Shown here piece after piece: positions 12,110 through 24,797 of a DNA stretch of 64,000 nucleotides (positions are counted from its first letter, which is position 1; each line of letters opens with the position of its first letter). The position numbers and the translations under genes are program-made. Under the pieces are notes generated by a model. That model ran no database searches. It saw only the letters and a list, made by a program, of their open reading frames with translations, and was not told the origin of the DNA. Source of the stretch: Eledone cirrhosa (Eukaryota); the NCBI GenBank assembly GCA_964016885.1, contig OZ024745.1, positions 46,500,001-46,564,000 of the forward strand, read 5' to 3'.

Positions 12110-14767
12110 ATAGTCAGAAAAAGACATACTTGACGACAAAGGAGGCCTACCTTGAGGAGAAGAATATGGAAGTTGAAGGACCTCATAGCCAGTGACAAAT
12201 TTAAAAGCTTATTACTTGATGCCTTTGACAATAAGGAAGAGCAATTAGAGATGTGCGATATAGAGGAACAGTGGCAATTCTTGAAAGTGAACCTGCTGAA
12301 AGCAACGGATGAAATCTGTGGCTGGAGCAGACCTATTGGCAGGAGGAGAGTAACTTGGTGGTGGAACAGTCAGGTAGAAGAGACAATCAAGGCCAAAAAG
12401 CAGGCTTGGAAAGTATGGCAGGATGGGGAAAGTAGAGAGCACTATCAAGTGGCCTGGAGAAAAGCTAGGAGACAAGTGTACCTTGCAAAAAGGGAAGCAG
12501 AGGATAGAAAGTTCAAGCATGTTCTACAACGTGAGGTGTTCAGGGTTGCTAGACAATGTGTCAAGGAAAACCGTGATATTGTCGAGGAGAAGTGTGTCCG
12601 TAATGATAACGGTGTACTTGCCCTCACTGATGCTGATAAGAAGATAGCCTGGAAGTGTCACTACGAGAGACTATTAAATGAGGAGAATAAGTGGGAAAAA
12701 GATAGTCTGCCCCAAATCGATCCAATAGAAGGACCAGCGGTGCAAGTTAAAGGAAGTATAATAAGTAAGGCAATCAAAGATATGAAGACAGGCAAGGCAG
12801 CTGGGCCTTCGGAGATAGTTGCTGAGATGTTGAAGGCATCTGGAATGGTGGGACATACTATGGTCATCCGTATAGTTACCAAGTAATACAGAATGGGGTC
12901 ATACCAAAAGACTGGCGTAGCAGCATCATCATTAACTGCTACAAGGGTAAAGGAGATGCTCTAGATAGGGGAAACTATAGAAGCATTAAGTTAGTTGACC
13001 AGGTCATGAAGGTCACAGAAAGAGTTATAGTGCAACTAATCATAGAGCGAATTGATCTAGATGAAATGCAGTTTGGGTTTGTGTCAGGTAAAAGTACCAC
13101 AGACGCTCTTTTCCTTGTACGACAACTACAAGAGAAGTACCTAGCTAAAAGTAAAGCCCTCTACTTAGCTTTTGTAGACCTGGAAAAAGTCTTTGACAGA
13201 GTCCTCCCGCTCCATTATCTGGTGGGCTCTTAGAAAACTAGGCGTTGACGAATGGCTTGTGAGAGCTATACAAGCCATGTATAAAGAAACAGTCAGCAAG
13301 GTTAGAATTAACAACGAATATAGTGAAGAGTTTAGCGTAAAAGTTGGCGTCCATCAGGGCTCTGTTCTCAGCCCCCTACTATTTATTATTACCCTTCAGG
13401 CTATAACAGATGAGTTCAAGACCGGCTGCCCATGGGAACTCCTATACGCAGATGATCTAACGCTCATGGCTGAACTAGAAAAGAAATTCTAAACATGGAA
13501 GCATGGCCTAGAATCAAAAGGCCTTAAAGTTAACTTGTCTAAGACTAAAGTCCTAGTTTGTAGAAAGGAAAATAAGGCACAGGTACCCTCAAGGAAATGG
13601 CCTTGCTCAGTGTGTAGGAAAGGAGTATGCAGAAATTCAATTTTATGTCCCAAATGCAAAGTATGGGTACATAAAAGATGTAGTGGGATCACAGGTAAAC
13701 TATCTAAGAACGTAGACTTTATATGTGGCTGATGCTCTGGTGCAATAAGTAGCAAGTGTCCACAGGATACTAGCCCCTTCTATTGCCCAGATGGTTCTAT
13801 AGAAATAGTAGACACTTTCCGTTACCTGGGTGACGAAATCAGCAGTGGTGGAGGGTGTTCTGAAAGTACAGTAGCCAGAGTCAGAACGGGATGGAAAAAG
13901 TTCAGAGAGCTTATACCGCTGTTGGCCACAAAAGGTTTCTCTCTAAAAATGAAAGGCAGATTGTATGATGCTTGTATACGAACAGCAATGCTACATGGCA
14001 GTGAGACATGGGCATTGTGTGCAGAAGACCTGCGTAGACTGGAAAGGAACGAAACATGCATGCTCCGTTGGATGTGTAATAGTAATATACGGAATATGTG
14101 TAATAGTAATATAGGAATAAGAGGGATCAGATGTTGTTTACTCGAGAGAAGACTACGTTGGTATGGCCACGTGATGCGCATGAAAGACGACAGCTGTATA
14201 AAAAAATGCAGGGCGATCAAAATTGATGGTAGTTATGGAGTAGGTAGACCCAGAAAAACCTGGGGCGATCTGATAAATTCCGACCTACACACTTTCACAT
14301 CTCTAAGACAATGTCACTGGATCGAGATCTTTGGCGCTACGAAGTAATACAGAAAACCCGCCTTGCCTATGTACAAAGCGCAACCTACAGTCAGTAGGCA
14401 CCTCTTAACCAAATATACACACCAATCCACTACCCTACCCTATCCTCCCACCAACACCACCCTCTCTCTATAAAGTTGGTACCACAACATCCAGTCCAAA
14501 TAAATGAGATCGAGATCGTGTAGGTGTCACGAGAAAAAAACACACAGTCCACGCTGTAATGTGGCCGTGTAGGTAACACGGTAAAAAGTTCCCAGTTCCA
14601 CACTGTAAATGTGGTTGGTGTTAGGAAGGGCATCCAGCTGTAGAAAACCTGCCAGATAGTCCTATATGAGCGAGACACGGTCACCCGACCAACCTTGCCT
14701 CAAGTGGGACAACTCCCGTCTAACCCATGCTAGCGTGGAAAGTGGACGTTAAACGAAGATGATGATG

Positions 14768-14769
<2 letters not shown>
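12110..14769 (+). mobile_element. RTE-clade LINE family B, decayed ORF with PHD-like insert, 3' UTR and (GAT)n tail
   Basis: QFGFVSGKSTTDA, FVDLEKVFD, GVHQGSVLSPLLF, LLYADDL, FRYLG, HGSETW, LRWYGHV and GRPRKTW, with several frameshifts and stops. Conserved tail at 14600-14769. Confidence 0.93.
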
Positions 14770-14799
<30 letters not shown>

Positions 14800-14877
14800 C
14801 TGTAAACTTTCTCTTGTAAATAATATGATGATGAATTGTGCAATCAATACATTGACTTTTGAATCTTTAATTTCCAG

Positions 14878-15083
14878 GTGGTCGTGGAAAATGTATAAAA
14901 AGTTCTGAACGGTGGTTTACTCCAAATGAGTTTGAAACATTTTCTGGTCGTGCAAGTAGTAAAGACTGGAAACGCAGTATTCGGTATGGTGGCCGAACTC
15001 TACAGTGCTTAATTGAAGATGGCATACTCCAGGCGCATGCCACCTCTTGTACATGTGCAGCATGCTGTGACGATGAATCCGTT
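14878..15083 (+). CDS. DEAF1: DEAF1 exon 2 (SAND core with KDWK motif and zinc-binding motif)
   Basis: Acceptor tttccag and donor gtatga. Translates [69 protein letters not shown], diagnostic of DEAF1. Confidence 0.96.
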
Positions 15084-15417
15084 GTATGATGATTTTCTTA
15101 ATTTTGATTCCCATTGTTTTCTATTGAATATCTTATGTAGTCCTCATTGGATTTGCAAAAGTACTATATTGCAAGGCAATTCAAATTAGACTATAAAAGA
15201 GATGTAGAGTGTTTAATTTTTAATTTATCGCTAATTTAGTATTGTAAGGATGACTGGTAATATTGTGGGGAAAATAAAGATATGGTTAAACTTTTAGTTA
15301 TATAACCCTTTTGATATCCATGATTGCCCCTTTCCATTATAATTTTCGTAAAAGTACCATTTTAAAAATTATGTTCCACATGCCAGATTCATTGAATTTA
15401 TGTTGGCTCAAAACTAC

Positions 15418-15660
15418 CTACTGGTTAGGGTGTTGGACTTATGATCATAATGTTGAGGGTTCGATTCCTGGACTGGATTGTGTGTTGTGTTCATATTGTA
15501 TTCTCAGCTGAAAATAAGTACCAGCAGCAGTAGCTGGGGCTTTAACCCTGTGGACTGCTGTCCTGTCCAGGGAGGAGTCTTGTACTTTCAGTCGCTTTAT
15601 GCCATGGAAACTGGGATAAGCACTGGCCCGATGAGTCTCCAGGCTTGAGACAGACCTTCA
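15418..15660 (+). mobile_element. tRNA-derived SINE with Meta/V-SINE-like body
   Basis: tggttagggtgttggac (A box), ggttcgattcc (B box), accctgtggactg...tccaggg and gtcgctttatgccatggaaactgggataagcactggc. Second partial copy at 33295-33445. Superfamily assignment is from memory. Confidence 0.65.
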
Positions 15661-16250
15661 GACATTTTAAAACAAAACTACACACTTGTTAGGGGAGAGT
15701 ATAGTCAATTGAATTGTTGAATTGATCCCAGTGAATTGAAAGTAAAGTTATATCTAATGAGATTTGATTTCATAACATTGAGGAATGCTACCAATTTCTG
15801 TCACCATTTCTAGCTAAATGCTATAGTCTGTGACTTTTCCACTCTACTAATGCATCTGTCTAGCTAAATTTTGAGGACTACATCATCTTAATCATAACAT
15901 CTTACTCAACACAAATACTTGGTGACAGTATTATGGTAGACTGAACCAAGTTTAACTTCATTGTCCAGGCTAAACAAAAATTATCTTGATAGAAAACAGT
16001 ATATCAAGTTAATTTAATATTCACTAGAATTTTGAAAAATAGAGAAATGTATACTTGAAGCATTCATGTTTGAAAATATTTTTTTTACGTTTATAATAGT
16101 TGGTGTGATCTATTTAATGATTTGAAGTACTCTCTTGAGTGCATTTTCAGTACTTGAGAGAAACTATTGAAACTAACATTTTTTATAAGAATTGTTTTTA
16201 ATAATTTTATTCCAATCTAGTCAGCTTTTCCTATATTTACATTTCAACAG

Positions 16251-16383
16251 ACAGGGCCTGTTCGCTTATTTGTTCCATATAAACGACGAAAGAGAGACAG
16301 AGAAAATGAAATATCTCCAACAATGAAAAAACGACCTGGTGAGCTGAAATCTGCACTAGTGCCTTCTGGAATCTCTAAAGAAG
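16251..16383 (+). CDS. DEAF1: DEAF1 exon 3 (NLS region)
   Basis: Acceptor tttcaacag. Translates TGPVRLFVPYKRRKRDRENE..., matching the DEAF1 GPVRLFVPYKRRK motif. Donor at 16383 (gttaat) or an in-phase alternative at 16338 (gtgagc). Confidence 0.92.
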
Positions 16384-16519
16384 GTTAATATATTTATATT
16401 TTGAAATTTTTTTTATGCATGTTTTTCATGGATTTAAATAATTGAATTTATCTACCTTTAGTGTGTATTTTTATATATTCTCTATTGTGTTGTCAAGTCT
16501 ATTTATTTATTTTCATTGT

Positions 16520-18670
16520 CTTGTGAGAAGAAGAAAAAACATTGTCTTTTATCCTGGATAATTTCTATAGGACAACAACAATTATCTTAAGCATGATTAA
16601 GGAAGGAACAAAAGGACCCCTTCTATGAAGAACTTTTACAGACAATCTGATACATCCTGTCTGGTGACTTCAATGGGCATGTTGGGCAGCACCAGGATGG
16701 ATACACTAGAGTACACAGTGGATATGATTATAGCATAAAAAATGAAGAGGGAGCAAGACTCCTAGAATTCTGTGATGTAAATAAACTATTTGCAACACTA
16801 ACTTTAAGAAACCAACCAGTCATCTGATCACCTGTCAATCAGGGGAACACACAAGCCAGATTGACTTTCATCATCTTCGTTTAACGTCCATTTTCCACGC
16901 TAGCATGGGTTGTAAAAATATGACAGGCAGATGATTTTGAATGCTAAGTCCATCCTTGGAAAGGAATACACCACACATCATAAATTAGTTATTAGTGACA
17001 TCAGAATAAGCACAAGACTGAATGAGATAGGAAAGTATGGAGAAGGAGAATATGAAAGCTAAAGACCTGTCTTTTAAATATAAGTTCAGAATAGCTCTTT
17101 GTGACACATAGGACAAGAAAGAGGAGTCAGACATATATGACATTGAGAACAATTGGAAGATTCTACAAGACAATTGATGAAAATGAGTCAGAGAGTGACA
17201 TGGTAGTGAAACAACACTGTGGATAGAGCTGTTAAAGAAAAGAGGCAGGCGTGGAGAAATGGGGGCAGTAAAAATTGATATCAAGTAACTAAAAGGGAAG
17301 AGTATGCAGAGAAGCTGAAAGCAGATTTGCCAATATCTTGCAATGTTAGGTATTCTGCCTCGCTAATTGATGTGTCTGTGATAACCGGGACGTTGTTAGG
17401 AAAAAGTATGTACGAAATGACACTGGTACATTTAGTGTTACTGATGCCCAAAAGAAGGCGGCCTGGAAATACATTACAAGAGATTGATGAATGTGAACAA
17501 TGTGTGAAAAGAAGAGAAACTACATCCAGCTGACCCAAAATTGACAGTTATAGGGTCAAGGAAGAAATAGGGAGATGAAAAAGGGTAAGACTGCCAGGCC
17601 ATCAGAAATAGTCACTGAGATGCTGAAATCTTCTAGGGATGTAGTTGAACTAGTCATCTGCATAATCAATCAGGTAGTAGAAAGTGGAGTCATACCTAAT
17701 GACTGGTGTAGTAGTATACTCATCAAATGCTACAAGGAAAAATGTGATGCATTAGAAAGGAGAAATTATAGGAGCATAAAACTAATGGACCAGGTAATGA
17801 AAGTTATAGATTTAGCACAACTAATTAAGGAAAGAGTGAAATTAGATAAGATGCAGTATGGTTTTGTGCCAGGGAGAAGTACTTCAGATGCCATCTTCCT
17901 AATGAGACAATTACATGAGAAGTTCCTCGTTTAGAATTAGCCCATATAATTTAGCTTTTCTTGATCTAGAGAAATCTTTTGACAACCCTGCATTGTTATC
18001 TGGTGGTCCTTAAGGAAACTAGGTGGAGAATGGCTTGTAAGAGCTGTGCAAGCCATATGCAGATGAGTTGTCAGTAAGGTGAGAGTAGGTATTAAGTTTA
18101 GTGAGGAATTCAAAGTGCAGGCTGGTGTTTATCAGGACTCAGTCCTCAACTCACTCCTGTTTATTATAGTTCTTCATAACAGATGAGTTTAAGATGCACA
18201 AGGATAGTTAGTAGTAAGAGCATCATCAGTAAAATAAACGTTTTCCAATCCCAGGAAGGCTCCATATTGACACCCATGACATACTTATCCTTCCTTACTT
18301 CTCCATCATACCCCCTCCCACCTACATAGGGTAAAGAGGACTCTTTCGTCAAAACACAACAATCTCTCTAGTGCTTGTGTTATGAGAAATGCATCCTGTA
18401 AGATGGGTTGTAATAAGAAGTGCATCCAGCTGTAGAAAGCATGCCAAAAGGGGTGAGAGGACTCTTTTGTTGTGTCAAAGGCATGACAACCTCTCTAGTC
18501 TTGGTGGGGACAGGATAAAATGTACCTAGTAAAGTGGTTAATTCTAGGAATGGTGACTAGCTATAGGAAATTTGCCAAATAAAAGGATGAGAGGACTATT
18601 CAGTTGTGTCAAAGACATAACTTCCTTCATGCTGGTGCCACAAAAAAATGGACGTTAAATGAAGATGCTG
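16520..18670 (+). mobile_element. Older, decayed RTE family B copy with repeated tail units (DEAF1 intron 3)
   Basis: ORF 17575-17934 (KGKTARPSEIVTEMLK...QYGFVPGRSTSDAIF) is homologous to 12780-13150. A 45-bp antisense tail fragment is inserted at ~16868-16911. Confidence 0.85.
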
Positions 18671-18794
18671 AACAAAGACAGAAACAAATATATAACTTAC
18701 AGGTTTATGAATCAGCTTACTTTCAGACTTGTATTTAATAAGCCAAAATTATTTTGGTTGCTTTGTTGCTAATCTAAGATTTTTTAATTTTCAG

Positions 18795-18914
18795 TAGTTG
18801 TAACATTACCAAGTGGTCCTGCTCTTAGCCGTCCCATTAGTATGAATAATACGGAAAATGGAGGAACTGTTCACATAGTTACTACAGATCCTCAAGGTAA
18901 CTTTGTAACTGGAG
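18795..18914 (+). CDS. DEAF1: DEAF1 exon 4 (linker)
   Basis: ttttcag acceptor and G|gtaagt donor, 120 nt, phase 1-1, open frame VVVTLPSGPALSRPISMNNTENGGTVHIVTTDPQGNFVTG. Confidence 0.85.
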
Positions 18915-19159
18915 GTAAGTGTGTTGTTTCAATTTTACATGTAATAGAAGCATTGTTAATTTTATAAAATAAACCTTATGGAGAGCATACACATTTTAAA
19001 TATAGGAAAATTTCTTCCAGAGTCTTTATGTGATTGTATGCAGTTATCTTTATCAGTGAGGCCAATTTCCTCTTGGTATTCTTTCTGCAAAATATAAGTA
19101 GCTAAGGATAAAGTAAGCCTCCAAGACTACAATTAGAACTACTTACTGTAAACATTTTC

Positions 19160-19382
19160 TTAACCCATCCATTTCCATATTTCTAACAGAAGCCACTGCT
19201 CCTATTATTTTCAAATTATATTGAATTTGGAGAGATTTAGTAGCATAGCTAACTTTCTCATTATTAAGCATAATTTAAACATTGTTACATAAAATTATGA
19301 AATATGAGTTTTAGATTAATATAAACACTTTAAAATAAGCTTAGTATTGTAGAACCAGGGGATTTTGTATCAAAAGAGTTAA
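19160..19382. mobile_element. TTAA-flanked MITE (piggyBac-like); related copy at 60659-60884
   Basis: ttaacccatccatttccatatttctaa...tgtatcaaaagagttaa versus ttaaccactccgttgccatatttctaa...ggtatcaaatgggttaa. Confidence 0.55.
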
Positions 19383-20262
19383 ACAAATTCATGAAATGCA
19401 TATATATTTCATTAGATCTAGTTAAATTTCTCATTGGTGTTGATGGGAGTTGAAATGAAAGTATAGTAATTAGGATAAGGAATCTGTTGAAGTTCAAGGC
19501 TGTTACATTTGTTGACTACTAAGAGCATACAAAAATAAATTGTATGAAGCATGTGTAAAGAGTATAATGCTATATGTTAGGGATGTAGATGCTAGAAAAA
19601 TATGAGGTAAGATTGATTCATTGGATGCATATTAACCTACTTGTATGAAGCACAAAGTAATACATAAATCAAATGTATTCTATTTATAGAATTGATGAAA
19701 ACCTTAGTAAAAATACAAGATGCTGGTAATATATTATAAAAACACTAAAATTAACAAGAAAAATCCTTAATTTAAGTACAAGTATAAGCCTGCATACAAA
19801 CTATTAACCACTAATGTGATTTACTAACCTGAACATTGTAGACTTCACAACTTCAATTGTTTTTTCATAACCATATGATTCCAGATACGGTCCCACTGTG
19901 AGTGGACTTAGGTAGATGGAAACTGTACACAAGCCCATGTATATATCCTATTAATATAGGAATTCTTTCTGTTTGAAGTATCAGATCTTCTAGTTATGCA
20001 TGACAGTGATAAATAACAGAAGTACATTTCATTTCATCTGTCTATATAGATCAACCCATGGCAAAATGGGAAAGTTGATGTAAAATGACTTCCTCTCTAC
20101 CCTGTATTGTTTAGAGCAACTGATCTCCTATAATTGTCTTCTCAATGACTTATGGAATCCACGTCCCCCGAGCAGTCTTATTTATCCAAAGTGACAGCCA
20201 TTCTCCATGGCTTACAGAGCCCTCTTCTGCTCCCAAGATATCTCTGGATGTATGTATATATA

Positions 20263-20483
20263 TCCTTTAGCATTTAAACTGGCCATATCCAGCCAGAATT
20301 CTCCCACCTCTTTCTGTTCAAACTGGTCGTAACTGGCCACTCATACTTACGTTATGTTATTGTTCTCAAAATAAATAACATAAAAATCTCGTTGATTCGA
20401 TATTATGTTAGATAATTATGTAAAATAAAGACTTTACCACAAAAATGCAATAGTATATATAGGGTAATGTAAATGCTAAATGG
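20263..20483. mobile_element. piggyBac-like MITE (older copy of 54975-55193)
   Basis: cctttagcattta...taaatgctaaatgg|ttaa, colinear with the 54975 copy. Confidence 0.75.
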
Positions 20484-20774
20484 TTAATCATACAAATTGT
20501 GGTCAGTTAATACACTTCTTATACAAATTACAGCCACTTAATACATTAATTATGCAAATTCTAGCTAGTTAATTTATTCTACCCTACACAGTGGTGATAT
20601 GAATATATTTGGTTCCGTAGACAACTGCTGTTATAAGGGCATGTTCAATGAGCAGGTGAGGAGAAATGCCTTCAGCAAAAAATGAGGAGAGGCATGGTGA
20701 GTGAGTAGCAACAGGTTATTAAATTAGTGTTTATTAAGAGGCTAGAGATGATATTTTAGGGTGCTTATAATAAT

Positions 20775-20983
20775 GGTTTCTGATTTAAGCACAAGGCCAA
20801 CAATTTTGGGGAAGGGAAAGTCGATTAAATCAACCACAGTGCGTGACTGGTACTTTATTTTATGGACCCCGTAAGAATGAAAGACAAAGCTAACCTCGGC
20901 AGGATTTGAACACAGAATGTAAAGGGCCATAAACTCTATGCATGTTGTCTGATGCTCTATCGATACTGCCAATTCACCGCCCT
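20775..20983 (-). mobile_element. tRNA-derived SINE (Nin/Deu-domain-like family); further copies near 23110, 27430, 28040, 35460, 41305 and 52295
   Basis: Reverse strand ggcggtgaattggcag...gttcaaatcctgccgaggttagctttgtctttcattcttacggggtccataaaataaagtaccag...ggccttgtgc. Confidence 0.75.
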
Positions 20984-21162
20984 ATGAACAAATACTTCTA
21001 CGCATTTACCTGATGCTCTAATGAAAATAGACTAAAGGATAGATTGAATGAATTATAGTTTAAGAGTTTAGAGATGACATCTCAGATCAAATTATTTGAG
21101 AGATAAACAAGTTCAATTCATGAATGTATACAAACGTAATTGATTTTTATCTGCTTTTTCAG

Positions 21163-21266
21163 ATGCTGTTGTAATGACGCCGCTGACAAATGCTTTAAAA
21201 ACGCCAGTAACCAATGTATTATCAATGGATGTGTCAGAACAAAAATATTGGTGGCAACTAGAGGAG
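21163..21266 (+). CDS. DEAF1: DEAF1 exon 5
   Basis: tttttcag acceptor and GAG|gtaaac donor. DAVVMTPLTNALKTPVTNVLSMDVSEQKYWWQLEE corresponds to the DEAF1 WxxLEE motif before the NES/coiled coil. Confidence 0.88.
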
Positions 21267-23349
21267 GTAAACTAAATTCAGTCTTCATTCTTAATGTGTA
21301 ATTTAAGATAGCTTCTGGCAAGCTAAATCTTGGATACAGATTTGAAAACACTTTCAGCCATTTCACTTCACCTACTCTTTGTATCTATAATCATCATTAT
21401 TTTATGTCCACTTTTCACACTTGCATGGGTTGGACGGGTTGTCATAGTATGAGACCAGATGGGTTGAAGACACCTCATCTTGCTCATGTTTCATAATCAA
21501 TATGGTTTCTATTGCTGGATGCTCTTTTTAATGCCAACCCCTTTACAGAATGTATTGGGTGCTTTTTTTTTCCACCACCAGCACCACTTTACAGAGTGTA
21601 CTGGGTGTTTTATTGTGGCACTAGCACTAGTGAGCTTGTAACAAGTTCATTCAAACTGAAGGGTCCTCTCATGCCTTGTATTGCCTCCATTCAATCACCA
21701 AGTTTACTGTTAGTCTTGCATTACTTATACTGGTGGGCAGGTCTTTTATATTATGGCAATTTCCTCAGTTATTGTCTCCTCTCCTTCATGAGGTTCAGTT
21801 TCCAATACTCTGAGGAGAAATGATTCTGTAAAATTAACTTGTATTTGGTACATCACATACTGAAGAGGTGGTCTTTAGTGATAAGATGACAAGTTAAGTT
21901 GTGGAAGGTTTTTATTTCATCATCTCATCATCATAATTTATTGTCTGTTTCCCTGCTGTATAATAAGAAAATGGGAATGAATGATGCAGCATAAGTAAGC
22001 TAAAAGAAAACCTCTGTATTAGAGGAATCTGATGTAGTGTGCAAGAGAAAAGACTATTGATTTGAACATGTGATGCATATGAAAGATGACAACTGCAGAG
22101 AAATCTCAGTAGATAGGGCTCCTGGAAGAGGTAGACCTAGGAAAATATGGGATAAGTCACAAATATTGACCTTACGAAGCTGAACCTCATGAGAAAGATG
22201 ACAAAGAACCATGTGGATTGATGACATGCAGTACTGGAGAAGGCAAATTCCCTGGTATAAATCAATATGCCTAGTATGCCCCTAGTAATACTCTCTCATT
22301 TCTCCTATAGTATGTGCTAAACCCTTATACCCCTACTCCCCATCTTATGCATCACCTTGTTAAACTGCCTCTCCTCTCCCATATTACCTTGTTAAACCCT
22401 ATCCTACTTATCATCCTTCTTATACCTGCTCTGCTGTCATCTAAACATGCTTACCTTAGGGTTAGGTATCACCTCCCATAGGATAAAGAGGGCTCTTCAG
22501 TTGAGTCAGTGATCAATCAATGATCACCAACCTCTCCAGTGATGATGACACAATAAAATACCTCCAGTACACTCTGTAAAGTTGTTGGTGTTAAGAATGA
22601 CATCCAGCTATAGAAAACTTGCCAATTATACAGCTCAAAGGACTCTTCAGTTTTATCAATGACATGACAACCTCCCTGAAGCTAGTGCTACAATAATACA
22701 CCCACTATTCTCTCTCTCTAAAGTGTACAAATATATGTAAACAAGATGAAGCCTTTGTCTTTTCTCTGAGGACTGTGCCTCCAATTGAATGCTGAATGGG
22801 TCTGCAACAACCTAGTTAATTTTTGATGATGATGAAAGCTAGCTGGCAGAATCTCTACATCATTGTTTGGCCTGCTAGAAATAGCAATCATATCTCCCTT
22901 AATTCAAACACTACCATCTTTAAAAAGAAAGGACACATTGGATAATGTAATACTAGATAAATCATTTTACATTTTTTCATGCTGTCATGGATTGGACAAA
23001 TCTCACAGCATCTCGCTACTCATTGTAGTCCATCATGTGGTGTGTACATCACTCTGTCTGAGAATAAAATGTGATTGAACACCTTGGTCTAAATAACATG
23101 AAATAATTTTGGCACCAAGGCCAATCAATTATATCGACCTTAGCAGGATTTGAACTCAGAATGTAAAGAGCTAAAACAAAGACTCCTAAGCATGTGTTTG
23201 ATCCTCTACCAACTCTGCCAATCCACTACCATAATACCATGAAATAATAAAACAAATCACACACTAGAAGGAAGTAACTATTGTGTATGTTGTAGTACCT
23301 TCTTTTATAAATCTTTCTTCGTTGTGTTGTTCACTTTCTCTCCCATTAG

Positions 23350-23481
23350 ATGGCAAATTCTTTAGTACAACAATCACAACAGCTGAAAAATATGATAGAG
23401 CAAGCAAAACATCAGAGTTTAATTGCGAAAGAAAATGCTCTCCAACAACTAAAGATGCAGATGGAGAAAGAAAAGCAGGAT
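23350..23481 (+). CDS. DEAF1: DEAF1 exon 6 (coiled coil / NES region)
   Basis: cccattag acceptor and GAT|gtaagc donor. MANSLVQQSQQLKNMIEQAKHQ... resembles vertebrate [21 protein letters not shown]. Confidence 0.9.
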
Positions 23482-24532
23482 GTAAGCAGCTTCTGTTCTT
23501 ATTATTAGTGTAGGTTATGGTTTGTTATTTGTTAATTTTTATATTTGGAATTGTTCTTTTTTTGTTGTATGTTCTTAAATAGTTTGGCTGAGTTCCTTGG
23601 TTGCTAGTCTATTGGCTGAAGGATTGAAACTTGCTTGTCTCCAACAAAAGCAAAAGAATCCCAGTGACTTAATCCATCTAATTGTAAATTAGTATCAGTA
23701 TAAACAGTGAGAGCACTGTACATCTGAAGAGTGTCTTTATTTAGTTGCCAGGCTAAGCTCAAATTTTCCTACACTTTATTGAAAATAGATATAAATGCTA
23801 CTATCTAGCACTTTATTTGGGAGTTATGGAAAGAATTGATTATTAAATAATTATGCAGGTATTTTATAACTAGTTACTCAACTACAGAACTATTGAATGG
23901 AAGTGGTAGCTGTTTATCAGCTAACGACTTTGAAGCAAACAGTTATGTTAAGAGCACATTGAGAGGAAATAGGTTTGTAGGATGAACTAGCGATTCTTCA
24001 GTCAGTAATCTAGCTCTCATTAACCACTAAGCCAACAAGCTTCTGTACATAAAATAACTTTTAATTGAAATATTACTATCCTGTAAGTCTCCGATACCAA
24101 AGAAGGCCAGCTTTTAATACACAAACATAGTTTTGTATTCCTACTTATTTGAAATACAGAGAAAAATGGTACCTCTAGAAATTTTGGTTTAGAATCAAGA
24201 GATTTAAATATAAGCAAGGCTTGTGTGTTTTATCATCATCATTCCATACTAATATGGATTGGACAGGCCCTCACAGTCAAATTAGACTGGTCAGAGAACC
24301 GTATCTTGCTCACATATTCCATATACTAGGATGGTTTTTTAAACTGGATGCCCTTCCTAACATCAAGCCCAGCCTTTTTAGGAGGGCAGAAACTCCAAAT
24401 AAAGACTGATTCCGGCTGTAATAACCTGTCCAACTCATACCAGCATGTGAAGCTTAGGTAAAATTATGATGATATATATATGTGTGTATGTATATAATTA
24501 TATAGATAAGTTATTCAAATTCTTCAAATATA

Positions 24533-24797
24533 CAGTGGAACCTCGGTTCACGAACAATTTTTCCGAACATGAAATGTTTTGGCTCATGAACAGTGTCTCA
24601 AGTAATGAAAATGGAAACTGGCAACAAGCTTGGAGTATCAGCAGGAAAGCATCACTTGCTGTGTAGTTAGTTACTATGGTGATATCTATCTGTCTTTCAC
24701 ACAGTCTCTCTCTCTGAACATTTTGTATGGGGGAAAATAGTTTTAGTTTACAAACATTTTGGGTGACAAATTAAGTTTGTGAACCTAGGTTCCACTG
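24533..24797. mobile_element. pogo/Tigger-like MITE; one-ended relative at 61899-62150
   Basis: TA|cagtggaacctcggttcac ... gtgaacctaggttccactg|TA terminal inverted repeats with TA target duplication. Confidence 0.88.

Noticed and set aside
15590-15655. Hammerhead ribozyme (GAAAC...CCGATGAG; related sequence at 33395-33445)
   Set aside because: The CUGANGA core is not intact in either copy and I could not build the stems. It fits a SINE tail.
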